Positions 1-8,761 of a stretch of 64,000 bases of DNA are shown here, piece by piece (position 1 is the stretch's first letter; each line of letters opens with the position of its first letter). Below the pieces are notes generated by a model. It worked only from the letters and a program-made list of their open reading frames with translations. It made no database searches and had not been told where the DNA came from. Source of the stretch: Flavobacteriaceae bacterium (GTDB taxonomy: Bacteria > Bacteroidota > Bacteroidia > Flavobacteriales > Flavobacteriaceae); NCBI GenBank assembly GCA_032251335.1, contig JAVVDW010000017.1, positions 546 through 64,545 on the forward strand, read 5' to 3'. A program made the translations under genes and the position numbers.

Positions 1-2
1 TG

Positions 3-10
3 TATCTTTG
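3..10 (+). promoter_or_regulatory. Bacteroidota-type -7 box TATCTTTG (TAnnTTTG)
   Basis: Exact TAnnTTTG match at the window edge, upstream of the repeat cassettes and the SRPBCC gene. The -33 context lies outside the window. Confidence 0.3.
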
Positions 11-27
11 CATGAGATAATCAAATC

Positions 28-72
28 ATGAAACGCCTATGTAAAAAATTTCGCACACAGGCACATGATCAT
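28..72 (+). repeat. Partial copy A of the upstream cassette (ATGAAACGCCTATGTAAAAAATTTCGCACACAGGCACATGAT)
   Basis: Shares the first ~45 nt (ATGAAAC-CC-ATGTAAAA...CACACAGG-ATGAT) with the copies at 117 and 776. Confidence 0.7.
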
Positions 73-116
73 TTGTATTGTTACATCTGATCAATTAAAT
101 CAAATAAAATAAACGC

Positions 117-236
117 ATGAAACGCCCATGTAAAATTATTGACACACAGGAGTATGATTATCCTAGGGCGTTCCAAGCCTGTGCTGAGCGTAGTCGAAGC
201 ATGACCGATGAAAAACAATAAAAATAAACAGATGAA
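117..236 (+). repeat. Full copy B of the ~120-nt upstream cassette, ending at the SRPBCC start codon
   Basis: Aligns by eye along its whole length with 776-895, with about a dozen differences. It contains the block GTTCCAAGCCTGTGCTGAGCG(T/C)AGTCGAAGCATGACC and the tail GAAAAACAATAAA-ATAAACAGATGAAA. Confidence 0.8.
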
Positions 237-699
237 ATTGCATACGCTCCACAGCATTCAGAAGTTGCCCATTCCGCTCGAACAAGCCTGGGATTTTTTG
301 TCCAATCCGGCAAATCTCAGCGTCATCACCCCTCCCGATATGGGTTTTGTCATTCGATCGGGCGCAGATAGAAAGATGTACCCGGGACAAATCATCCATT
401 ATTGGGTTTCACCTATTGCCGGCATCAAAACGCAGTGGGTGACAGAAATTACCCATGTGCAAAATCTGCAATTTTTTGTAGATGAGCAGCGCTTTGGTCC
501 TTACAAGATGTGGCACCACAAGCATTTTCTAAAAGCGGTGGATGGTGGTGTGGAAATGGAAGACATCATTCATTATGTGATACCCTTTGGATTTTTGGGA
601 AGCGTGGCACACCAACTTTTTATTCGCAAAAAATTGGAAACCATTTTTGAATACAGACGGTTGAAACTCATCGAATTGTTTGGTTCTTTTGATAACTGA
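232..699 (+). CDS. SRPBCC (START/Bet v1-like, polyketide cyclase/dehydrase-type) family protein
   Basis: Track ORF 208-699. The pattern LPIPLEQAWDFLSNPANL...FVDEQRFGPYKMWHHKHFL is typical of the SRPBCC 'cell division inhibitor-like' family. I prefer the ATG at 232 because the 208 start lies inside the repeated non-coding cassette. Confidence 0.75.
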   Translation: MKLHTLHSIQKLPIPLEQAWDFLSNPANLSVITPPDMGFVIRSGADRKMYPGQIIHYWVSPIAGIKTQWVTEITHVQNLQFFVDEQRFGPYKMWHHKHFLKAVDGGVEMEDIIHYVIPFGFLGSVAHQLFIRKKLETIFEYRRLKLIELFGSFDN

Positions 700-775
700 T
701 TTTTTCTTGCGTAAAAGCAACCTCAAGTCGGATTGTACACGCGCAATATTTTTATTTAGAAATTCACATTGACTT

Positions 776-895
776 ATGAAACACCCATGTAAAAATTTTT
801 CACACAGGAGCATGATGAGTTAGGGTGTTCCAAGCCTGTGCTGAGCGCAGTCGAAGCATGACCTTTGAAAAACAATAAATATAAACAGATGAAAA
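776..895 (+). repeat. Full copy C of the ~120-nt upstream cassette, ending at the SDR start codon
   Basis: See copy B. It occupies the same position relative to the downstream ATG (889). Confidence 0.8.
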
Positions 896-1584
896 ACATT
901 CTTCTTATCGGCGGTTCGTACGGCATAGGCCTTGAAACGGCTCGTATTTTGTCTAAAAACAATAAGGTTTTTGTCGCGTCTAGGTCAGTCGGAGATTTGG
1001 ATACAACCCTCATTACCCACATTCCTTTTGATGCGTCCGCAGATACTTTATCTGAAACACAACTGCCTGAAGTTTTAGACGGATTTGTCTTTTGCCCGGG
1101 TAGCATAAACCTCAAGCCTTTTAGAGCTTTGAAACCCGAACAATTTGCATCGGACTTTAAAACAAACTTTTTGGATATGGTTGCGGCTTTGCAAGCCGTT
1201 TTACCCATGTTGAAAAAGTCAAACCAAGCCTCAGTGGTTTTGTTCAGCACTGTTGCAGTCGCCCAGGGCATGCCTTTTCATACAAGTGTAAGTGCATCTA
1301 AAGGTGCTATTGAAGGTTTTGCAAAGGCTTTTGCAGCCGAACATGCACCTCAGATTCGCATGAATGTGATTGCCCCTTCACTAACACAAACACCCTTGGC
1401 AGAAAAACTCTTATCTTCGGAAGATAAAGTAGAAAAAGCCGCGATGAGGCATCCGTTGAAAAGAATCGGACAGGCAACAGATATTGCTCAAGCAACTGCC
1501 TTTTTGCTTTCGGAAGAAGCTTCGTGGATTACCGGTCAGGTTATAGGTGTTGATGGCGGTTTGTCAAATTTAAAAATAGGATAG
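889..1584 (+). CDS. SDR family oxidoreductase (short-chain dehydrogenase/reductase)
   Basis: Track ORF 865-1584. It has the LLIGGSYGIG Rossmann motif, the S...ASKGAIEGF catalytic region and the GQVIGVDGG tail. The upstream TTG at 865 lies within the repeat cassette, so I prefer the ATG at 889. Confidence 0.85.
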   Translation: MKNILLIGGSYGIGLETARILSKNNKVFVASRSVGDLDTTLITHIPFDASADTLSETQLPEVLDGFVFCPGSINLKPFRALKPEQFASDFKTNFLDMVAALQAVLPMLKKSNQASVVLFSTVAVAQGMPFHTSVSASKGAIEGFAKAFAAEHAPQIRMNVIAPSLTQTPLAEKLLSSEDKVEKAAMRHPLKRIGQATDIAQATAFLLSEEASWITGQVIGVDGGLSNLKIG

Positions 1585-1589
1585 GTTTC

Positions 1590-2891
1590 TTGGAAAAATT
1601 AAATATTTTTTGGTTTCGAAGAGATTTGCGTATTGCGGACAATCACGGCTTGTTTTGTGCGCTGAATTCGTCAGAAAATGTATTGCCTGTTTTTATTTTT
1701 GATACTGAAATTTTAGATAATCTTCCCAAAAACGACGCGCGTGTTACTTTTATCCAACAACAGCTTCATCAGCTTAACGATTTTTTAAAAACACAAAACA
1801 AAGGCATTCGGGTTTGTGTGGGTAAACCGCTTAATGTATTTGCGCAGCTCCTTTCAGAATTTCAAATAGAAAGTGTCTTTAGCAATCGGGATTACGAACC
1901 TTATGCACAAAAACGCGATCGGGAAATTGCCGAATTTTTAACCAAAAACGGTATTCGCTTTCAGCAATACAAAGACCAGGTCATATTTGAGCAAGACGAA
2001 GTAGTCAAAGAAGACGGAAGTCCCTACGTGGTGTACACGCCGTTTATGCGCAAATGGAAAAGTGTTTTTGCCCATGTTCCAATGCATCAATATCCTTCGG
2101 AAGCGTACTTGCATAAACTGTGGTGGCAAAAAACGTATCCCATACCTACTTTGAAAGAAATCGGCTTTGAAGCTTCATCCATACATGTACCCAAGTATCA
2201 AATGGATGCGCCAACCCTCACAAATTATGAAGCCACCCGAAATTTTCCGGGCTTGAATGGCACTTCATTTTTGGGAACTTATCTTAGGTTTGGTACTGTA
2301 AGTGTTCGACAAATTGTGCAAAAAGCACAACAAGTTGAGAACCAAACATTTTTAAATGAATTGATTTGGCGTGAGTTTTTTATGCAAATTCTTTGGCATT
2401 TTCCGCAGACGGTTACGCAGAGTTTTAAACCCCAATACGATGCGATTTTGTGGCGCAACAACGAAGCCGATTTTGACAAATGGAAGCACGGCCAAACCGG
2501 TTTTCCTTTAGTAGATGCCGGCATGCGCCAACTCAACCAGACCGGTTGGATGCACAATCGTGTACGGATGCTTGTGGGGAGTTTTTTGTGCAAACATCTG
2601 TTGATAGATTGGCGTTGGGGCGAAGCTTATTTTGCTGAAAAGTTGTTGGACTACGAAATGGCCAGTAATGTAGGCAATTGGCAATGGGTAGCCGGATGCG
2701 GTGTAGATGCAGCACCCTATTTTAGAATCTTCAATCCTGCTGAACAAGTCAAAAAATTTGACCCAAAAAACCTTTACATCAAAAAATGGGTGGATGAACT
2801 GGATAGCTTGACTTATTCGCAACCCATGGTAGATCACAAAGAAGCGCGAGAACGATGTTTGCGGGTTTACAAAACCGCTTTGGAAAACTAA
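1590..2891 (+). CDS. Cryptochrome/photolyase family protein (DASH-like or class I photolyase)
   Basis: 433 aa with a TTG start 6 nt after the SDR stop. N-terminus FWFRRDLRIADNHGL. FAD-binding C-terminal motifs: GFPLVDAGMRQL, GWMHNRVRM, NVGNWQW, PYFRIFNP. Confidence 0.92.
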   Translation: MEKLNIFWFRRDLRIADNHGLFCALNSSENVLPVFIFDTEILDNLPKNDARVTFIQQQLHQLNDFLKTQNKGIRVCVGKPLNVFAQLLSEFQIESVFSNRDYEPYAQKRDREIAEFLTKNGIRFQQYKDQVIFEQDEVVKEDGSPYVVYTPFMRKWKSVFAHVPMHQYPSEAYLHKLWWQKTYPIPTLKEIGFEASSIHVPKYQMDAPTLTNYEATRNFPGLNGTSFLGTYLRFGTVSVRQIVQKAQQVENQTFLNELIWREFFMQILWHFPQTVTQSFKPQYDAILWRNNEADFDKWKHGQTGFPLVDAGMRQLNQTGWMHNRVRMLVGSFLCKHLLIDWRWGEAYFAEKLLDYEMASNVGNWQWVAGCGVDAAPYFRIFNPAEQVKKFDPKNLYIKKWVDELDSLTYSQPMVDHKEARERCLRVYKTALEN

Positions 2892-3526
2892 CGGCATTTC
2901 ACAAAATATCGCTTCCAAATTGGATTTCGATTTTCAAAGAGTTTTCTTTTTATTTTCAGAAAGGCCAGCGCCGTCAGCATAGCATCACCTTCAGCGGTGT
3001 GCCTTCCATGTCCGGATATGTTTAACTCATGACAAAGCGCGTCCAAAGAAACGGCTTCGTTTTTGTGGTCGTATGTATAGAGCGGTTTTAGCTTTTTAAA
3101 CAGGTAGGCCGTGTCGAGCGTAGGATTTCGGAGTTTCATCAAACCATTTCTCTCAAGTGCGCAGTTGAGCATTTTTATATCAAAACAAATATGATGACCG
3201 AGCAAAATGGCATCAGCCACGTAAGCGATAAATTTTTCCAATGCTTCTTTTTCTGAAATTTTACTTTCCGATCCCTTTTTGGTGATGCCGTGAATGCCGG
3301 CAGTTTTTGAGTTAAAATAATCTTGGGTAATTAAACACTCAAACCTGTCAGCAAGCAAAATTTGATTGTCTTCAATGGTGATACAAGCGATAGAAAGTAA
3401 TCTGTCGATACGCACGTCAAGTCCGGTAGTTTCTGTATCCAATACTACAATTTTGGAGACAGAAGCCTTGTTTTGAGTTTTTAAAAAACGCGTTATAAAA
3501 GAACCCATGTTATAGGCAGTTTGCAC
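2888..3526 (-). CDS. 3'-5' exonuclease, DnaQ/DEDDh family
   Basis: VVLDTETTGLD (ExoI), GHHICFDIKML (ExoII) and HTAEGDAMLTA (ExoIII, DEDDh). Confidence 0.88.
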   Translation of the reverse strand: MQTAYNMGSFITRFLKTQNKASVSKIVVLDTETTGLDVRIDRLLSIACITIEDNQILLADRFECLITQDYFNSKTAGIHGITKKGSESKISEKEALEKFIAYVADAILLGHHICFDIKMLNCALERNGLMKLRNPTLDTAYLFKKLKPLYTYDHKNEAVSLDALCHELNISGHGRHTAEGDAMLTALAFLKIKRKLFENRNPIWKRYFVKCR

Positions 3527-3531
3527 TAAAA

Positions 3532-5688
3532 TCAGACCAAGAGTTTAAAGAGTTTTCGGTAAAACTCGTCTGGTTTAAAAGGTTTGTTGATGATTTCATC
3601 CATGCCGCAAGCCAGAAGTTCTTGTCTTTTTTCGCTTAGGGACAAAGCGGTGAGTGCGATGATTGGTATAGAGGTATTAAAAATACGAATGTAGCGTGTG
3701 GCTTCAATGCCACTGATACCCGGCATGTGTATGTCCATCAAAACGCCATCGTATTTTCTGTATTTGACCATTTCTACAGCCTTGGAACCATTGTCAACCA
3801 CTTCGCAAGAGATTCCCACGCTTTCTACAATTTTTCGGGTGATCATTTGGTTTATTTTGTTGTCTTCTACAATTAAGAGTTTTTTTCCTTTGAGTTTTTC
3901 CAAGTCAAAATGTGCGATTTCTGCACCCTCTTCTCCGTTAGTCAGTTTGGCGGTCAAATCGAAATAGAAAGTAGAGCCTTCGCCCACTACGCTTTTTACA
4001 GCAATTTCGGAATCCATGACAGCCAAAATACGTTTTACGATGGCCAAGCCCAAACCGGTGCCGCCAAATTTTTTATTGATTTCGGTATCACCCTGAGAGA
4101 AATTGTCAAAAATATTTTCGAGGTGTTTTTGGTCAATTCCGATACCCGTGTCTTGAACTTCAAAAGTAAAATTAACAGCAGTGTCTTTTAGCCAATTTTG
4201 TTTGACGCGCACCCAAACCGTACCATTTTCTGTGAATTTAACGGCGTTTCCAATTAGATTGACAATGACTTGATTAAACTTAACTTCGTCTGTGACGATT
4301 TTTTCGGGCAGATTGGGATCTATTTCCAGAATTAATTTGGTGTTGTTTTTCTTGGCAGCTTCCTGAAAAGATTGGATGACTTGTTGGAGGGTGGTTTTGA
4401 TCTCAAACTGATTAAAATCAACGGTTGCCTTATCAGAATCGAGTCGGTTGATTTCGAGGATGTCATTGACCAGTGCTAACAAATACTCACCCGAATACCG
4501 CAGGGATTCCAAATTTTCTAGTTGCTCCGGTTTGGGATTTTCTTTGAGCAATAAATGGGAAATACCCGTCACGGCATAGAGCGGCGTTCTCAATTCGTGG
4601 CTGATGGTAGATATAAAACGTTCACGAATAGAGGCGATGTCTTCCGCTTTGTTTTTGGCTACTTCCAATTGTTGGTTTTTAATGCGAAGCAGTTCGTTGG
4701 ATCGGAGGCGCAAGTTATTATTTCTATAGAATGTACTTGTCAAGAAAGCCAATACAATAATCAGTGCCAAACCCATAAAAGTAATCAGATACAAATTGCG
4801 AATCGTTTTGGCATCAGCGGCTTGGCCTGCTTTTAAACGATCGATGATTTCCGAATAATACTGACTGTTTTCCGATTTTTTTAGCGGGAAGAATTGGTAT
4901 TGGTTTGACAATAGTATTTTGTCTTTTTCCTCTTGATGTTTTTTGAGATACAAGAGGGCTTTTTCGGCGTCTTTTATCGCTTCATAATAATCAGACAGCC
5001 GCTTATAAGCCATAGAAGACAGCATGATATAATTTTCCTGAAGTGCAAAATTGAGCACCTCTCTGCTCTGCTCATAGGCTGTTTCGAAATTCCCGACTTT
5101 GAGGTGTGCCCCGGCAAGTTTTGCTTTGGCATAGTTGATTTCATAGCCATTTCCGTATTGTTCATAAGTCTTGAGCGAAAATTCATAGCGCTTCAACGCT
5201 TCTTCGGGCAGTTGACGATGTTCGTCAAGAATTCCTAAATGAATATAAGTTTTTGCCTTAAAATATTTGCTCGGCAGTCTTACGGTCGAATCGATGGCCG
5301 TGTTGAAATACAAATTTGCCAAGTCCAAATTTTTCTTGCCTAAGTGGAAAATGCCATAGGCCAAATAGGTTCTGCAAATCAGTGAATCGTTGTTTTTTTG
5401 TTGGATTTCAAGGGCTTCTTTTAAGTGCTGTTCGGTCTCATCAAAGTAGTTGAGTGCCATGTACGCTTCTGTGAGTAAAGTGCCGAACCTCGCCTGCTGT
5501 AGTGCATTATTTTCCAGCATAGCAAAATCATACACTTCTCTAGCTAAAACAGCTGCTTCGGTAAAATTAGCTTTCTCGTATAGATGCGTAAATTCATTTT
5601 TCTCTGCCACATAGTCAAAATCTTGCGATTGAATAACGCAACAAAAACAGAGAAAAAGTGTTAAAATCTTGAGTTTAGTTAGTGTCAT
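3532..5688 (-). CDS. Hybrid sensor histidine kinase/response regulator with N-terminal TPR-like repeats
   Basis: Signal/TM segment, TPR-like helices and a TM. H-box SHELRTPL, N/G boxes (NLIGNAVKFT, DTGIGI, GGTGLGLAI), and a C-terminal receiver domain (LLIVEDN...DIHMPG...ALTA...KP). The ATG at 5688 is preferred over the track TTG at 5715, which overlaps the -7 box. Confidence 0.9.
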   Translation of the reverse strand: MTLTKLKILTLFLCFCCVIQSQDFDYVAEKNEFTHLYEKANFTEAAVLAREVYDFAMLENNALQQARFGTLLTEAYMALNYFDETEQHLKEALEIQQKNNDSLICRTYLAYGIFHLGKKNLDLANLYFNTAIDSTVRLPSKYFKAKTYIHLGILDEHRQLPEEALKRYEFSLKTYEQYGNGYEINYAKAKLAGAHLKVGNFETAYEQSREVLNFALQENYIMLSSMAYKRLSDYYEAIKDAEKALLYLKKHQEEKDKILLSNQYQFFPLKKSENSQYYSEIIDRLKAGQAADAKTIRNLYLITFMGLALIIVLAFLTSTFYRNNNLRLRSNELLRIKNQQLEVAKNKAEDIASIRERFISTISHELRTPLYAVTGISHLLLKENPKPEQLENLESLRYSGEYLLALVNDILEINRLDSDKATVDFNQFEIKTTLQQVIQSFQEAAKKNNTKLILEIDPNLPEKIVTDEVKFNQVIVNLIGNAVKFTENGTVWVRVKQNWLKDTAVNFTFEVQDTGIGIDQKHLENIFDNFSQGDTEINKKFGGTGLGLAIVKRILAVMDSEIAVKSVVGEGSTFYFDLTAKLTNGEEGAEIAHFDLEKLKGKKLLIVEDNKINQMITRKIVESVGISCEVVDNGSKAVEMVKYRKYDGVLMDIHMPGISGIEATRYIRIFNTSIPIIALTALSLSEKRQELLACGMDEIINKPFKPDEFYRKLFKLLV

Positions 5689-5712
5689 TGATGGATTTTT
5701 AGCAATCCACCC

Positions 5713-5720
5713 CAAAAGTA
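5713..5720 (-). promoter_or_regulatory. -7 box TACTTTTG (minus strand)
   Basis: The plus strand reads CAAAAGTA, 25 nt upstream of the ATG at 5688. Confidence 0.45.
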
Positions 5721-5780
5721 AAAATAAAATTGAGAAATTTGTTTATTTATCAATTTATAAAATACACAGCATCTTTTTCT

Positions 5781-6653
5781 TTATAAAATATGTTTCTGCG
5801 CTTTGTAGGACGAACGCACCAAAGCACCACTTTCTACATGTCTAAAACCGAGGTCTTTACCGATTTGTTCATATTTGTGAAATTGCTCCGGTGTGATAAA
5901 TTCTTTTACAGGCAAGTGCTTTTTGGAAGGTTGTAGGTATTGTCCGATGGTAACTACATCTACCTCGGCATTTCTCAAATCGTGCAATGTTTGTATTACT
6001 TCTTCTTCTTTTTCACCCAGTCCCAACATAATGCCGGATTTAGTTCGGCGTACGCCTTGCGTTTTTAAGTATTGTAAAACTTCCAGACTTCTGTCGTATT
6101 TTGCTTGAATACGTACTTCGCGGGTAAGTCTTCGCACCGTTTCTAAGTTGTGAGAAACGACTTCGGGTGCTACTTCTACAATACGGTCAATATTGCGGTG
6201 CACACCTTGGAAATCCGGGATTAAGGTTTCCAGGGTGGTTTTAGGATTCATCCGCCTGATTGCCATAACCGTCTCGGCCCAAATAATAGAGCCCATATCT
6301 TTGAGGTCGTCTCTATCTACCGAGGTGATGACGGCATGTTTGATGTCCATTATTTTGATAGATCGCGCCACCTTTTCTGGTTCTGCCCAATCCACCGTTT
6401 CGGGTCGTCCGGTTTTGACGCCGCAAAAGCCGCAAGATCGGGTACAGACATTTCCCAAAATCATAAAAGTGGCTGTACCTTCGCCCCAACATTCGCCCAT
6501 ATTTGGACAACTTCCTGAGGTACAGATGGTGTTGAGTTTATAATTTTCTACCAGGCTGCGAAGTTCCGTATATTTTTTCCCGGTTGGAAGCTTCACGCGA
6601 AGCCACTTGGGTTTGGCGGTGGGCAATATATGTGATTTTTCTATTGTTTCCAT
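5781..6653 (-). CDS. lipA: Lipoyl synthase
   Basis: [19 protein letters not shown] and CTRSCGFC radical-SAM/auxiliary cluster motifs; 290 aa. Confidence 0.97.
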   Translation of the reverse strand: METIEKSHILPTAKPKWLRVKLPTGKKYTELRSLVENYKLNTICTSGSCPNMGECWGEGTATFMILGNVCTRSCGFCGVKTGRPETVDWAEPEKVARSIKIMDIKHAVITSVDRDDLKDMGSIIWAETVMAIRRMNPKTTLETLIPDFQGVHRNIDRIVEVAPEVVSHNLETVRRLTREVRIQAKYDRSLEVLQYLKTQGVRRTKSGIMLGLGEKEEEVIQTLHDLRNAEVDVVTIGQYLQPSKKHLPVKEFITPEQFHKYEQIGKDLGFRHVESGALVRSSYKAQKHIL

Positions 6654-6671
6654 AGCAAAATTTTAAAGACA

Positions 6672-6679
6672 CAAAGGTA
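6672..6679 (-). promoter_or_regulatory. -7 box TACCTTTG (minus strand)
   Basis: The plus strand reads CAAAGGTA, 19 nt upstream of the lipA ATG, in the 34-nt gap after the Nramp-like gene. Confidence 0.45.
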
Positions 6680-6687
6680 TGATTTAC

Positions 6688-7911
6688 TTATAAGATGCTC
6701 AAATACCAAATGCTAAAACTAACCAAAAAGAACAAACCGCTCCAGCTGAGCAAACGTAGCCACTTACCCGGTCTGTCTGCCACCGGCATATGCTTTCCGG
6801 TGACCAATCTGAAATTCATCAAAGCGTAAAAAGGTGCAGTCAAAAATGAGGCAATCGTGGCAAACTTGACCAGAGCACCCATTTCTGAAATGTAGAAAAA
6901 GAAAATAACAAGTGTCCCTGTTGCGAGTATCCCGATCCATAAAAAGTACCCCTTGCTGTTTTTTTTTCCTGTTAGAATCTCAACAGCCCGATTCATAGAC
7001 CTTGGCGATGCATCCAATGTGGTGATGGTGGTGCTAAACATAGTAGTAAAAGCCGCTACGGCTACCACGAGCGCGGCACCCGAACCCAGCGTTTCTGTGT
7101 AAAGGCTTAAGAGTTGCGAGGTAAAAGCAGATGCATTATCGCTAAAGCCTATGGGGCGGCCAAACATCACCAAAGCACCTAAAAGCAGAAAGAGAATCGC
7201 CAGAATCACGGCGCCTATAAGGCCAAAATTGAAATCGCGTAAACCTGATTTTTGGTCGAAAGACGCGTTTGACTTCTTTTTTTCCAACACCCATAGCGAT
7301 TGCCAAACCGAGATGTCCAAAGGGGCCGGCATCCAACCCATAAAAGCAATTAGAAATACAATCCCTGTGGTTTCGGTTGGGAAGGCTTGCGCCCAATGTA
7401 TCGAGGGTGTTTTTTGGAAGGCAAATGCCACGGCCAAGAGCGTGCAAATCGTGAGTGTGAGAATAATAACTTTCATGATTTTATCCAAAAAAGCATATTT
7501 ACCAACAGTTAAAATAAGGATGCAAACTAAGGTAATAACGCCACTCCAAACAGCTAGGTTGTCTGTGAGCCCAAATAAATGCCCGGCAATATTGGCTGTC
7601 ACGATAGTAACCGCAGTTTGTATGGTAAACATGGTTGCAAAAGTGATGACGATATAGACCACCAACACCCATTTCCCCATTTTTCTGTAGCCCTCCAGCA
7701 AGCTTTCACCGGTTGCCAGTGCATATCGCGGTCCGTATTGAAAAAATGGATATTTAAAAAAGTTGACCAACAAAACGGCCCAGAGCAATCCCAAGCCGTA
7801 ATCGGCACCGGCACGGGTAGATTGTACCAAATGAGACACGCCCACAGCCGCACCGGCAAACAAAAGGCCCGGGCCTAGATTTTTGACGAAGGAAACCGCT
7901 TTAGGAAACAT
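6688..7911 (-). CDS. Nramp-related (SLC11-like) membrane transporter, divergent
   Basis: 407 aa with ~11 TM segments. N-terminal NLGPGLLFAGAAVGVSHLVQSTRAGADYG aligns by eye with the Nramp TM1 region. FMGWMPAPLD aligns with the TM6 MPH region. Confidence 0.75.
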   Translation of the reverse strand: MFPKAVSFVKNLGPGLLFAGAAVGVSHLVQSTRAGADYGLGLLWAVLLVNFFKYPFFQYGPRYALATGESLLEGYRKMGKWVLVVYIVITFATMFTIQTAVTIVTANIAGHLFGLTDNLAVWSGVITLVCILILTVGKYAFLDKIMKVIILTLTICTLLAVAFAFQKTPSIHWAQAFPTETTGIVFLIAFMGWMPAPLDISVWQSLWVLEKKKSNASFDQKSGLRDFNFGLIGAVILAILFLLLGALVMFGRPIGFSDNASAFTSQLLSLYTETLGSGAALVVAVAAFTTMFSTTITTLDASPRSMNRAVEILTGKKNSKGYFLWIGILATGTLVIFFFYISEMGALVKFATIASFLTAPFYALMNFRLVTGKHMPVADRPGKWLRLLSWSGLFFLVSFSIWYLSIL

Positions 7912-8527
7912 GATCGCGTTGGGTTTTTATGATTTCTGCCAACAATTTTTTGGCGCGCAAGAGCTTTATTTTTACGTTGTTGACGGGTTCCTGTTTGGCG
8001 ATTGCAATTTCTTTGTACGAAAGTTCCTTAAAATAGCGCAGGTTGATGATTTCTCTGTAATCCGGTTTTAGTTTTTTGATACATGCCAACAAATTGGACA
8101 AGTTTTGCTCCCGAATCAATTCGTCTTCTTGGGTGAGTGATTCATCGGCAATATCGTGTTTGCGAATGTCCGAGGCTTGTTCCATATCGATGTTTTTGGC
8201 CGCATTTTTTTTGCGAAGAAAATCGATGTAAACGTTTTTAGAAATGGCTATCAGCCAAGTTTTGAAAGTGTAATTGGCGTCGTAAGTGTTTAGTTTGTCA
8301 AAAGCTTTGGAAAACGTTCGTATGCAAATGTCTTCAGCGTCGTTTTCATTTACATTTCTTTTCAGGTGAAAGGCCAATACTTCTTGCCAATACAAGTCGA
8401 GGAGGCTGCTGAATGCCTGTTGCTGTCCTTTTTTGGCAGCTTCTATAAGTGCAGAAACATTTTTTTCAGGATTCAAACAGTTCGGTTTTGATTGGAGGCG
8501 ACAAAAATCAACGGTAAATATACACAA
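7901..8527 (-). CDS. RNA polymerase ECF-type sigma-70 factor
   Basis: Region 2 (LIEAAKKGQQQAFSSLLDLYWQEV...ICIRTFSKAF) and region 4 (REIINLRYFKELSYKEIA). There is no in-frame ATG near the N-terminus. The start is either the TTG at 8527 (track) or the TTG at 8476. The 3' end overlaps the Nramp-like start by 11 nt. Confidence 0.85.
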   Translation of the reverse strand: MCIFTVDFCRLQSKPNCLNPEKNVSALIEAAKKGQQQAFSSLLDLYWQEVLAFHLKRNVNENDAEDICIRTFSKAFDKLNTYDANYTFKTWLIAISKNVYIDFLRKKNAAKNIDMEQASDIRKHDIADESLTQEDELIREQNLSNLLACIKKLKPDYREIINLRYFKELSYKEIAIAKQEPVNNVKIKLLRAKKLLAEIIKTQRDHVS

Positions 8528-8715
8528 GGAAAATCAATAGTGAAATTTTTTATGTTGACAAACAAAAAACAAGTGTTCATTTTGTATTGTATATGAAAGG
8601 CAGTGTAAATAAAAGCATATCTTTCGTGTTAAATAACACTTATAAATTAAAGACAATTAATGGTTTGGCATAAAATTAGCTATTTTTTGTAGCATTGTTA
8701 TTTACAGTTTTTTTG

Positions 8716-8723
8716 TACATTTG
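8716..8723 (+). promoter_or_regulatory. -7 box TACATTTG with a TTG about 18 nt upstream
   Basis: Exact TAnnTTTG 39 nt upstream of the ATG at 8762, with a TTG at 8695-8697 as a possible -33 element. Confidence 0.45.
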
Positions 8724-8761
8724 CAGACGTTTTATTAACTTTATAAAACAATTTTAAACAG

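Noticed and set aside
208-891. N-terminal extensions MKNNKNKQMK / MKNNKYKQMK shared by the first two track ORFs, and possible leader peptides MK(R/H)(P/L)CK... starting at 28, 117 and 776.
   Set aside because: The shared residues come from the repeated non-coding cassette. One upstream start is ATG and the other is TTG, whereas the second ATG is conserved in both. The three putative leader peptides lose frame identity after 6 codons because of indels, so peptide conservation is not supported.
2888-2891. Convergent genes whose stop codons overlap or abut: CTAA at 2888-2891, TAATTA at 17515-17520 and CTAG at 28995-28998.
   Set aside because: This is a real sequence feature, but it is most simply explained by genome compaction. 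No hairpin or other signal sits at these junctions.
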